Part shown: piece after piece, positions 39,487 to 47,618 of the stretch | Layout: each line of letters starts with the position of its first letter | Numbering within the stretch: the stretch's first letter is position 1 | Assembly (NCBI GenBank): GCA_028281325.1 | Contig: JANQKC010000014.1 | Coordinates: 23,310-87,309 of the forward strand | Source of the DNA: Alphaproteobacteria bacterium | Lineage (GTDB): Bacteria; Pseudomonadota; Alphaproteobacteria; UBA8366 | Length of the DNA: 64,000 nucleotides | Direction: 5' to 3' | The notes under the pieces: model-generated | Database searches by the model: none | The model's input: the letters and a program-made list of their open reading frames with translations, nothing else | What the model was told of the DNA's origin: nothing | Position numbers and translations under genes: made by a program

Positions 39487-40155
39487 ATGGCGCGCGCGGC
39501 AGGCGGAAAGGGTAGCGCGAAGAGCCGCGCGAAAGACCCGGCGAAAGACATCCTCGAAACCGCGTTGGACATCGCGGAGTCCGACGGTTGGGGCAATGTT
39601 CGCCTGCGCGTGGTCGCGGACCGGCTCGGCCTATCGATGGCGGATGTCCTGACCCATTACAATGACCTGGACGCGGTCGCGAACGCATGGTTCCGCCGCG
39701 GCTGGGACACGATGCTGCAGCCGCCGCCTGACGGCTTCGACGATCTGCCGACCCGCGACCGCCTCGAACTCGTCATCATGCGGTGGTTCGACGCGCTGGC
39801 GCCGCACCGGCAGGTCACCGGACAAATGCTTTCGGCCAAACTCTGGTATGCGCATCCGCATCACTGGGTCCCGGCGATCTTCGATTTGTCGCGCACGATC
39901 CAGTGGGTTCGCGACGCCGCCAAACTCGACGCGTCGGGCGTGCAGCGCCAAATGGAAGAAGTCGGACTCACCGGCCTGTTCCTGGCCACCCTCCGTGTCT
40001 GGCTTCGGGATGACTCCGAAAACCAGGAAAAAACCCGCGTATTCTTGAAACGCCGGCTTGCCCTCGCCGACCGCACCATGGCAATCGTCTTGGCCCGGCG
40101 CGGCCGCCACCGCGACGATGCGGCCGAACCCGAGGAACCGACCCCGACGCCATGA
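39487..40155 (+). CDS. TetR/AcrR-family transcription regulator
   Basis: N-terminal HTH (ILETALDIAESDGWGNVRLRVVADRLGLSMADVLTHY). ATGA overlap with the downstream peptidase gene. Confidence 0.8.
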   Translation: MARAAGGKGSAKSRAKDPAKDILETALDIAESDGWGNVRLRVVADRLGLSMADVLTHYNDLDAVANAWFRRGWDTMLQPPPDGFDDLPTRDRLELVIMRWFDALAPHRQVTGQMLSAKLWYAHPHHWVPAIFDLSRTIQWVRDAAKLDASGVQRQMEEVGLTGLFLATLRVWLRDDSENQEKTRVFLKRRLALADRTMAIVLARRGRHRDDAAEPEEPTPTP

Positions 40156-42239
40156 CCGATACCCCCATCGCAAAGCAGGACATCCTGGTCACCGAACGGC
40201 ACGGTGACCGGCTCGAAGACCCGTACGCCTGGATGAAGGACCCGCGGTGGCAGGAGGTCATGCGCACGCCCGACATCCTCGATCCGATTATTCGCGCCTA
40301 TCTCGAAGCCGAGAACGGCTATACGGAAGCCAAACTACAGACGACCGAAACGCTGCAGGAAAAGCTGTTCGAAGAATTCAAGGGCCGCATCAAGGAAGAC
40401 GACTCCAGCGTGCCGGACCCGGATGGCGATTATGCGTACTACCGGCGCTACGAGACCGGCGGACAGCATCCGGTATTTTGCCGGCGGCCGATTGCGGACG
40501 AAACGAAAGAAGAAGTCCTGCTGCACGGCGACGAAGAAGCCGAAGGACACGCCTATTTCAGCGTCGCCGCCTGTCATCACAGCAACGATCATGCGCTGCT
40601 CGCCTATGCGGTCGATCTCAACGGATCGGAAATCTACACGATCAAGTTCAAGGACCTGAGCACCGGCGCGATGCTGCCGGATGAAATCCCGAACGCCCAC
40701 GGCGCCCTAGTCTGGGCGAACGACAACCGGACACTCCTCTTCACCGTCCTTGACGACAATCACCGGCCCGCACAGGTATTCCGCCACAGAATCGGGACCG
40801 ACGTCGCCGACGACGTGCTCGTCTACGAAGAGCCGGACGCGGGCTTCTTCGTTTCGATCGGCGAGACCGAAAGCGGCCGTTTCCTGGTGATCGACAGCCA
40901 CGATCATGAGACGTCCGAGGTCCGCCTGATCGACGCGGACAATCCCGACAACGACCCGGTCGTCGTCGAGCCGCGATGCCCCGAAGTGGAATACACCGTC
41001 ACGCATCACGGCGACCGTCTCATCATCCTGACCAACGCCGACGACGCGGAGGATTTCAAACTCGTCACGACGCCGGTGGACGAACCGGGCCGCGCGAACT
41101 GGACCGACCTTGTGCCGCACGCGGCGGGACGGCTGATCGTGTCGGTCGAGATGTTCGCGGAATACCTGGTGCGGCTGGAACGCGAAAACGGTCTGCCCCG
41201 CCTCGTCATCCGCAGGATGGCCGACGGCAGCGAACACGAGATCGCCTTCGAGGAGGAAGCCTACAGCCTCGGCCTGCTCGGTCGCCTCGAATACGAGACG
41301 ACATCGCTGCGCTTCATCTATTCCTCGATGACGACGCCGGAACAGACCTTCGATTACGACATGGCGACCGGCGAACGCGTCTTGCGGAAGGAGCAGGAGG
41401 TGCCGAGCGGGCATGCTCCCTCCGACTACATCACCCGCCGCACCTTCGCCACCAGCCACGACGGGGAGCGTATCCCCGTCTCGCTGCTCTACCGCAAGGA
41501 CACCCCGATCGACGGGACCGCGCCGGTCCTGCTCTACGGCTACGGCTCCTACGGCCATGCCATTCCCGCCTCGTTCGGCACGACGCGGTTCAGCCTGGTC
41601 GACCGGGGTTTCATCTACGCCATCGCGCATATCCGCGGCGGCATGGAGGGCGGCTACCGCTGGTATCGGACGGGCAAGCGGCTGCAGAAGAAGAACACCT
41701 TTCTCGATTTCATCGCGGCGGGCGAACAGTTGATCGAGGAAGGGTATACGGCGCGCGGCGAGATCGCCTGCCACGGCGGCAGCGCGGGCGGCATGCTGAT
41801 GGGCGCGGTGGTCAACATGCGGCCGGACCTGTTCAAGGCCAGCGTCGCCGAGGTGCCGTTCGTCGACGTGCTCAACACCATGTGCGACGACAGCCTGCCG
41901 TTGACGCCGCCGGAATGGCCGGAATGGGGCAACCCGATAGAGGACGCAGAGGCCTACCGCTACATCAAATCCTATTCGCCCTACGACAATGTCGAGGCCA
42001 AGGACTATCCCAACATCCTGGTCACCGCCGGGCTGACCGACCCGCGCGTGACCTATTGGGAACCGGCGAAATGGGTGGCCAAGCTGCGCGCGACCAAGAC
42101 CGACGACAACCTGCTGCTGTTGCGGACAAACATGGATGCGGGGCATGGCGGCGCGGCGGGCCGGTTCGACCGGCTCAAGGAAACCGCCATGGTCTACGCC
42201 TTCCTGCTGCTCGTGTTCGGGAAATCCGAGAAGGAATAA
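40152..42239 (+). CDS. ptrB: Oligopeptidase B / S9A prolyl-oligopeptidase-family serine peptidase
   Basis: 695 aa: beta-propeller N-domain plus catalytic domain with GGSAGGMLMG (nucleophile Ser) and the late Asp/His region (TDPRVTYWEPAKW...DAGHGG). Confidence 0.9.
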   Translation: MTDTPIAKQDILVTERHGDRLEDPYAWMKDPRWQEVMRTPDILDPIIRAYLEAENGYTEAKLQTTETLQEKLFEEFKGRIKEDDSSVPDPDGDYAYYRRYETGGQHPVFCRRPIADETKEEVLLHGDEEAEGHAYFSVAACHHSNDHALLAYAVDLNGSEIYTIKFKDLSTGAMLPDEIPNAHGALVWANDNRTLLFTVLDDNHRPAQVFRHRIGTDVADDVLVYEEPDAGFFVSIGETESGRFLVIDSHDHETSEVRLIDADNPDNDPVVVEPRCPEVEYTVTHHGDRLIILTNADDAEDFKLVTTPVDEPGRANWTDLVPHAAGRLIVSVEMFAEYLVRLERENGLPRLVIRRMADGSEHEIAFEEEAYSLGLLGRLEYETTSLRFIYSSMTTPEQTFDYDMATGERVLRKEQEVPSGHAPSDYITRRTFATSHDGERIPVSLLYRKDTPIDGTAPVLLYGYGSYGHAIPASFGTTRFSLVDRGFIYAIAHIRGGMEGGYRWYRTGKRLQKKNTFLDFIAAGEQLIEEGYTARGEIACHGGSAGGMLMGAVVNMRPDLFKASVAEVPFVDVLNTMCDDSLPLTPPEWPEWGNPIEDAEAYRYIKSYSPYDNVEAKDYPNILVTAGLTDPRVTYWEPAKWVAKLRATKTDDNLLLLRTNMDAGHGGAAGRFDRLKETAMVYAFLLLVFGKSEKE

Positions 42240-42260
42240 ACAACGCCGGTTTCGCGGTTT

Positions 42261-42764
42261 CTAACCGCCGGGCCCAATCCGCTCCAAGACCTTGAAGGAA
42301 ACAGGCGCGCTGTGGATGTCGTTCCGGCGGTCGGAAGACGCGGTTCGCCAATCGGCCGGATCGAGATCCGGAAAGAGCGTGTCCCCGTCGACAGCCTCGT
42401 GCACCCGCGTCAGATAGATTCGCTGCGCCAGCGGCAGCGCGGCCCGATACAGATCGCCGCCGCCGATGATCATGATTTCTTCCGCCCCCTCGCCGGTGGC
42501 GCGATCCAGCGCCTCGGGCAGCGACCGCACGGCCTCTACGCCCTCCCATCGCCGCGACGGATCGCGGGTGACGACGATGTTCAGGCGCCCGGGCAACGGC
42601 CGGCCAATCGACTCGTAGGTGCGACGGCCCATGACGATCGGCTTGCCCATCGTCACCGCCTTGAAATGCTTGAGGTCGTCCGGGATGTGCCACGGCAGAT
42701 CGCCATCCTTGCCGATGACGTTGTTCTCGGCCATCGCGACGACCAGCGATACGCGGGGGGGCAT
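42261..42764 (-). CDS. folA: Dihydrofolate reductase
   Basis: The real gene is the last 167 codons of track ORF 42261..43385, starting at ATG 42764: MPPRVSLVVAMAENNVIGKDGDLPWHIPDDLKHFKAVTMGKPIVMGRRTYESIG. It begins 5 nt after the thyA stop. Confidence 0.93.
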   Translation of the reverse strand: MPPRVSLVVAMAENNVIGKDGDLPWHIPDDLKHFKAVTMGKPIVMGRRTYESIGRPLPGRLNIVVTRDPSRRWEGVEAVRSLPEALDRATGEGAEEIMIIGGGDLYRAALPLAQRIYLTRVHEAVDGDTLFPDLDPADWRTASSDRRNDIHSAPVSFKVLERIGPGG

Positions 42765-42769
42765 CCCGC

Positions 42770-43564
42770 CTAGACCGCCACCGCGGCGGGAATATGCGGA
42801 TGGAAGCGGTAATTCGCCAGCGAGAAATCCTCGAACCGGAAAGCGAAGATATCCTTCACGTCCGGATTCAATGTCATCGTGGGCAACGGATACGGCTCGC
42901 GCTGAAGCTGCAGGTCCGCCTGCTCCAGGTGATTCAAGTAGAGATGCGCATCGCCGAAGGTATGGATGAACTCGCCCGGTTCCAGCCCGGTCGCCTGCGC
43001 CATCATCATGGTCAGCAACGCATAGGATGCGATGTTGAACGGTACGCCTAGGAAGACGTCGGCGCTGCGCTGATAGAGCTGGCAGGACAGCCGTCCCTCC
43101 GCCACGTAGAACTGGAACAGGCAATGACAGGGCGGCAGGGCCATGCTGTCCACATCGGCGACGTTCCAGGCGCTGACGATATGCCGGCGCGAGTCCGGGC
43201 TCCGCTTGATCTGATCCACCAGCGCGGTGATCTGATCGACCGACCGGCCGTCCGGCGTCGGCCAGGAACGCCATTGATGGCCGTAGACCGGCCCCAGGTC
43301 GCCGGTCTCGTCCGCCCACTCGTCCCAGATCGACACGCCGTTTTCCTGCAGGTATCGGACATTCGTATCGCCGCGCAAGAACCACAGCAGTTCGTAAACA
43401 ATCGACTTCAAATGCAGCCGCTTGGTCGTGACCATGGGAAAGCCGTCGCGTAGGTCGTAGCGGTTCTGATAGCCGAAAACGCTCAGCGTTCCGGTACCGG
43501 TGCGGTCGGTCTTGCGCGCGCCGGTGTCACGGATGTGTCGTAGGAGGTCGTGATATTGTCGCAT
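42770..43564 (-). CDS. thyA: Thymidylate synthase
   Basis: 264 aa. [33 protein letters not shown] and the active-site LPPCH are present. Confidence 0.97.
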   Translation of the reverse strand: MRQYHDLLRHIRDTGARKTDRTGTGTLSVFGYQNRYDLRDGFPMVTTKRLHLKSIVYELLWFLRGDTNVRYLQENGVSIWDEWADETGDLGPVYGHQWRSWPTPDGRSVDQITALVDQIKRSPDSRRHIVSAWNVADVDSMALPPCHCLFQFYVAEGRLSCQLYQRSADVFLGVPFNIASYALLTMMMAQATGLEPGEFIHTFGDAHLYLNHLEQADLQLQREPYPLPTMTLNPDVKDIFAFRFEDFSLANYRFHPHIPAAVAV

Positions 43565-44229
43565 GTCGTCAAGTCTACCCGCCGTCGGGTTCCGTTTGAA
43601 GAGTCAAGCATGCGGAGCGGCGGATTCCTCCGTGCCGTCCACAACGCCGTGAGGGTGCAAAGCGCCAATCCCGCGACATAGCCGGCGAAATGCGCCTCGG
43701 TGACCGACGGCAGACTCGATAGCGGCAACACCGCACCGGCAGACACGCTTTCTATCGCAATCTTGCCGAGCCCGCCTACAGCCAACGCCGGATACAACCA
43801 ATCGCCGGAGCCGCGCCATTGCCCGTACACGGCGGCAATGAACAACGTGTTGAGAACACCGGAGAATCCACAATAGCGTTCGAGCCCCGGCAGATTGAGC
43901 CACAGCATCGCATCGATCACGACGATGCCGAACGACACGAGAAGAAGCAGCGTTTTGATGCCGAGTCGCTGCAGCGATTCCAAGACACCGCCGAGAAGGG
44001 TCAAAGCCAGCAGGTTCGCCGCCAGATGCCCGATATCGCCGTGCACCAAATGTCCGGTCACGAGACGCCACCACTCCCCATCCACGATGCCCGCACGCTC
44101 GTACATCAACAGACCCGGCTGCGGACCCAAGGCGGCAAATAGGCCGAGCATAACCGCCGCCAAACCGGCGGTGAACCAGGGCGGACGCACGCCGCCCTGG
44201 TTCCGGTCCCGGATCAGCCGGCCGATCAT
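43483..44229 (-). CDS. rrtA: Rhomboid-family intramembrane serine protease, rhombosortase-type
   Basis: 248 aa. Rhomboid motifs [22 protein letters not shown], catalytic GFSGV (GxSG) and AHFAGYVAG (His). ATGA overlap with the upstream GlyGly-CTERM gene. Its 3' end overlaps the thyA start by 82 nt. Confidence 0.8.
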   Translation of the reverse strand: MIGRLIRDRNQGGVRPPWFTAGLAAVMLGLFAALGPQPGLLMYERAGIVDGEWWRLVTGHLVHGDIGHLAANLLALTLLGGVLESLQRLGIKTLLLLVSFGIVVIDAMLWLNLPGLERYCGFSGVLNTLFIAAVYGQWRGSGDWLYPALAVGGLGKIAIESVSAGAVLPLSSLPSVTEAHFAGYVAGLALCTLTALWTARRNPPLRMLDSSNGTRRRVDLTTCDNITTSYDTSVTPARARPTAPVPER

Positions 44230-46403
44230 TCCCGATCTCCGTCCCGGCGGCGGCTGAGATAGACCGCCACCGAGAAGGCGAACAGCAGCGCCAACCCCAA
44301 CAGACCGGTCGAGCCGCCACCGCCGCCCGAACCGCCGCTGTAGCTGGGCCGTGTCGTCTTGAACATCGGCGCCTTCGTGTCGACCCGCGTAACGCGAACC
44401 GGCGCCTGGGCCCGTTGCTTCGCGGCCGCGGTTTCCGTTGCGCGCCGGGCCTGGTTGCGCCGCTCGATGCCGTGCTTGGCGAAGACCTCATCCCGCACCA
44501 CGACCATCGACGTGTAGGGCGTGACCAATCCGTATTCCACGCCAAGCTCGGTCACGACCTGCTTGCGGTCGCTGTTCTCGCCGAAATCGTCGATGTCCTG
44601 CAGTTGCGCCTCGATCGCCGAGAAGGCCCACAAGCGTTCGATTTCCGGGTTCAAGTCGGCAGTCCTCGGAAAATCGAACCGGGTGGTGTAGGTCGTCGGC
44701 GTGCCGGAGATCAGCCCGGACAGCGTTACTTCCGCCTCGCCGTCGCCCCGGTACTTGCCGAACACGACGAGCTGTTCACCTCGATACAGGCTGCCCAGCC
44801 GTTCGGGCGTCAGATCGCTGGTGCGAACGCCGCTGATCTCGATCCCGACCTTGTGCAGCGCTTGATGGGTCACCTTCGACGTCGCGGACAGAACCGCGCC
44901 CACGATGTCGTCGCTGTTCGAGATGCTGATCGACGTACCGCCCGACGCCCGCGTCATCCCCGTCAGTAGGGTCCGGTTCGCACTGTTGCCCATAACGAAG
45001 GTGAACAGTCTAACGTCCGCCTTGCGCACCAGTTTGAGGAACGCCTTCTTGCGGGTCTCGCCCACGTTGGCGACGCCATCCGTCACCAATAGGATCGCCG
45101 TGGTGCGGTCCGCGTCGACGAAGTTGAGGCCGAGCTTGAGGCCGTCGAACAGGTTGGTGCCCCGGTTCGGCTGCACGGCGTCCAGCAGCGCGACCGCCTT
45201 CTTCACATTCTCCGGCGTGGCGGGCAGAAACCCGGATGTCAATTCCGATGCCGTCTGGTCGAACAACACGATCCGGAACCGGTCGACCGGGCGCAGCTTC
45301 GAAACGCCGCGGGCCACGCCTTCGGTCAGGGTATGGAACTTCCGTTTCATCGACCCCGACTTGTCGAGCACAAAGACCCAATCCTTCCCCTCGACGATGG
45401 GCTTCAGGTCGTCGCCGGGCGTCAACACCATCATGAAGGTCCCCGGCTTGTCCGGATCCGGGCGATACGCCACCAAATCCACGCTGCCCGGGAGGTTATC
45501 CGCCTGACGCCAATAGACGACGATATCCGTATCGAGACGGAACGACGATGTCGCCGCACGCGGCGCCGCCCGGACCGGCGTCACGGCCTCGCCTTCGTCG
45601 ATCGTGTGGGTAGGCCGCGTCGGCACGGCGATCACCTTGTCGTCGCGATCCGGGTTACCATCGACAACGGCTGGCGATGGCGCAATCGATTTGCCGCTGC
45701 GGTTGTCCATACGGACGCGCCATTCCCGGTCCGACACCTGCGTGACGACCGCCTGCGGATGTTTCGGCAACCGCAGCGCCGCGACCGGATAGGACGAGCG
45801 CAGTTGAAGGTCGAAACTGAACCGGCCCTCCACCTTCTCGTTCGCCGTCCAGAAGGCGAGCTTCGCGTCGTCGACGCCCCCCTCCTCCAAGGGATAGACG
45901 TAGCGGCCGATGCTGGTGTCGATATGCGCCGGCTGGATATAGGTCAGGCGTACCCGCACGTCCTTCCCCGCCCGCACCGGCGTCACCGAGATGTCGAAGG
46001 TCTTGTGCGAATCCTGCTCGGTCAGGGCCGCCTCGCGGCCGGCCTTCTTCTCCTCTTCGTAGACAGCGCGCGCCTTCTTCTTGGCCAGCACCTCGCCGGT
46101 CACCGGTTTCCCGTCGATCCAATAGGTGAAACCCGACACCGCCGCCTTTTTCGGCACCGGAAATGAATAGATCGCCTCGAAATCCTTGCCATGCGGATTC
46201 CGGAACACCTGCTCCACGGCGGTGATCGCATAGCCGTCTTCGACCGTCACCCGGACCGCCTGATCCTGAACCACCAGCGGCGGCGTGCTCCCATCCGCCG
46301 GACTCAACAACCCGGCGGCGGAGGAATCCGCCGCAAAAACCGCTGCGCCCGTCAGGATTCCGACAGAGACCAGCGCATACCGCCACATTCGAGAAAGCAT
46401 CAT
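44226..46403 (-). CDS. Secreted VIT + von Willebrand factor A domain protein with GlyGly-CTERM sorting signal
   Basis: Start ATG 46403 (AAGGAAA RBS; the track uses TTG 46433). Signal peptide, VIT domain, vWA domain with MIDAS DKSGSM. C-terminus [39 protein letters not shown] consists of a Gly run, a TM helix and a basic cluster. Confidence 0.85.
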   Translation of the reverse strand: MMLSRMWRYALVSVGILTGAAVFAADSSAAGLLSPADGSTPPLVVQDQAVRVTVEDGYAITAVEQVFRNPHGKDFEAIYSFPVPKKAAVSGFTYWIDGKPVTGEVLAKKKARAVYEEEKKAGREAALTEQDSHKTFDISVTPVRAGKDVRVRLTYIQPAHIDTSIGRYVYPLEEGGVDDAKLAFWTANEKVEGRFSFDLQLRSSYPVAALRLPKHPQAVVTQVSDREWRVRMDNRSGKSIAPSPAVVDGNPDRDDKVIAVPTRPTHTIDEGEAVTPVRAAPRAATSSFRLDTDIVVYWRQADNLPGSVDLVAYRPDPDKPGTFMMVLTPGDDLKPIVEGKDWVFVLDKSGSMKRKFHTLTEGVARGVSKLRPVDRFRIVLFDQTASELTSGFLPATPENVKKAVALLDAVQPNRGTNLFDGLKLGLNFVDADRTTAILLVTDGVANVGETRKKAFLKLVRKADVRLFTFVMGNSANRTLLTGMTRASGGTSISISNSDDIVGAVLSATSKVTHQALHKVGIEISGVRTSDLTPERLGSLYRGEQLVVFGKYRGDGEAEVTLSGLISGTPTTYTTRFDFPRTADLNPEIERLWAFSAIEAQLQDIDDFGENSDRKQVVTELGVEYGLVTPYTSMVVVRDEVFAKHGIERRNQARRATETAAAKQRAQAPVRVTRVDTKAPMFKTTRPSYSGGSGGGGGSTGLLGLALLFAFSVAVYLSRRRDGDRE

Positions 46404-46426
46404 CGGATATTTCCTTTGCTCATTAT

Positions 46427-46591
46427 TGAACAATGTTCATTTAAAGCGCCGACGATTCGACGTGCTGGCTTGCAGCCTCAGAAACTTTAGGCGAACAGCC
46501 GTTCTATGCCTCGCCGAACACTTAAATGAACAACGTTCAGAAAATATGAGACAAACCGGCCTCAGGAGTCAAGAAAAATAAACAATGTTCA
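46427..46591. repeat. Three copies of the palindromic motif TGAACAATGTTCA(TTTAA)
   Basis: Copy 1 at 46427-46439 is TGAACAATGTTCA. Copy 2 at 46527-46539 is TGAACAACGTTCA, with its flank in inverted orientation. Copy 3 at 46579-46591 is TAAACAATGTTCA. Start-to-start spacings are 100 and 52 bp. All lie in the AT-rich spacer between the VIT-vWA gene and ssrA. Confidence 0.6.
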
Positions 46592-46688
46592 ATTAATCCT
46601 TTTGGACAAGAACACGGATGGGCGACGGGAAAAACGGCAAGATCGTCGGAATTTGGCCCGGTTACGGTCTTTCAGCGTAGACAGGCCT

Positions 46689-46716
46689 TTATACAAGGGC
46701 CGGAAAACCCTATATT
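46689..46716 (+). promoter_or_regulatory. Candidate sigma-70 promoter for ssrA
   Basis: TTATAC-N16-TATATT. The predicted start near 46722 gives an ~82-nt acceptor piece ending at the encoded CCA. Confidence 0.4.
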
Positions 46717-46720
46717 TCTT

Positions 46721-47060
46721 GTGTCGGGAAACCGACTATGGCGCTAAATGGCCTCGTGAAATAAGCGCAGCGGACCCGGGGGCGGTACCCGGCGCCTCCA
46801 CCATCACTCGGACCCGGTCGGGTTCAGGCATGGGGGCGAAATAGGATCGACGCGCGTGGTAAAGACTTGGTTTGTGCCCGGCATGGTACCACCGTTATCG
46901 GGCTATTTCGCTAATTGCGAATGACAACTATGCGGGCGAAGCCCGCCTCGCTGCTTAATCTAATTAAGTAAGCGCGGTCCGGGGGGCACCGGGCAACAGA
47001 AGCCCCCCAACTAATCAGCGTATAGTATTCCGCACTTGAAGGGACGTACGACTATGGTAG
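46721..47060 (+). ncRNA. ssrA: Two-piece (circularly permuted) tmRNA: acceptor piece ~46721-46803, coding piece 46832-~47060
   Basis: The acceptor piece ends ...GGAC-CCGGG-GGCGGUA-CCCGG-CGCCUCC-ACCA (46803). The coding piece starts GGGGGCGAAAUAGGAUCGACG (46832). Its first 7 nt pair with CGCCUCC and give the Ala-identity G3.U pair. The tag ORF GCG AAT GAC AAC TAT GCG GGC GAA GCC CGC CTC GCT GCT TAA (46917-46958) encodes ANDNYAGEARLAA. The outer ends of the two pieces are approximate. Confidence 0.8.
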
Positions 47061-47076
47061 AACCGGTCCCTACACC

Positions 47077-47565
47077 ATGACGGAAGACCTGCTTCAATAC
47101 GATCGGCTGGTCGAACGGGCGTTGAAAAACGTCGTTCGCGAAGCGCTCACCTACGTGTCCGAGCATGGCTTGCCCGGCGCGCACCATCTATACGTCACCT
47201 TCCGCACCGATCACCCGGACGTCACGCTGTCGGATGAACTTCGCGAGAAGTATCCGTTGGAAATGACGATCGTCCTGCAATATCAGTTCTGGGACCTGAA
47301 TGTCGGCGAAGATCAGTTCGAGGTGACGCTCAGTTTCAACGACCGCCACCAGCGGCTCGTGGTTCCCTTCTCCGCGGTCAACGCGTTCGCCGATCCATCG
47401 GTCAACTTCGCCCTGCAGTTTCAGCCGGCCGAAGCGGCCGCGCAAAACGACGACACGGCGGGACAATCGGCCGACGCCGTCGGCGATAGCGCGAATGCGG
47501 ACGGCGACTCCGCCGAAAACCCCACCGACAACATCATCCCCCTGGACACTTTCCGCAAAGACTAA
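47077..47565 (+). CDS. sspB: SspB-type ClpXP adaptor (alphaproteobacterial SspB-alpha family)
   Basis: 162 aa. The N-terminal domain (YDRLVERALKNVVREALTYVSEHGLPGAHHLYVTFRTDHPDV...QYQFWDLNV) fits the SspB fold family. Acidic linker and C-terminal ClpX-binding-like tail NIIPLDTFRKD. Confidence 0.8.
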   Translation: MTEDLLQYDRLVERALKNVVREALTYVSEHGLPGAHHLYVTFRTDHPDVTLSDELREKYPLEMTIVLQYQFWDLNVGEDQFEVTLSFNDRHQRLVVPFSAVNAFADPSVNFALQFQPAEAAAQNDDTAGQSADAVGDSANADGDSAENPTDNIIPLDTFRKD

Positions 47566-47618
47566 CGCCGGCAGATCGAGGGGCTCGCATACCAACTTCC
47601 CGGGAGAGGACCTCGGCG

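Noticed and set aside
42765-43385. Upstream 207 codons of track ORF 42261..43385, which would give a 374-aa 'long DHFR'.
   Set aside because: That part is an out-of-frame read through thyA. DHFR homology begins exactly at ATG 42764.
43604-44545. 313-aa minus-strand ORF spanning the rhombosortase / VIT-vWA junction.
   Set aside because: It is an alternative frame of two well-supported genes, with Arg/Ala/Gly-rich composition and no motifs.
46602-46844. 80-aa + ORF covering the ssrA acceptor piece.
   Set aside because: The region is explained by tmRNA structural elements (T-arm, acceptor stem, CCA). The ORF has no RBS or family resemblance.
46733-47057. 9-nt direct repeat CGACTATGG (46733-46741 and 47049-47057) flanking most of ssrA, considered as att-site duplication from island integration at tmRNA.
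   Set aside because: It is too short to be significant. Both copies are complementary to the coding-piece 5' segment AUAGGAUCGACG (46841-46852), so they are better explained as RNA helix-forming segments. No integrase is nearby.
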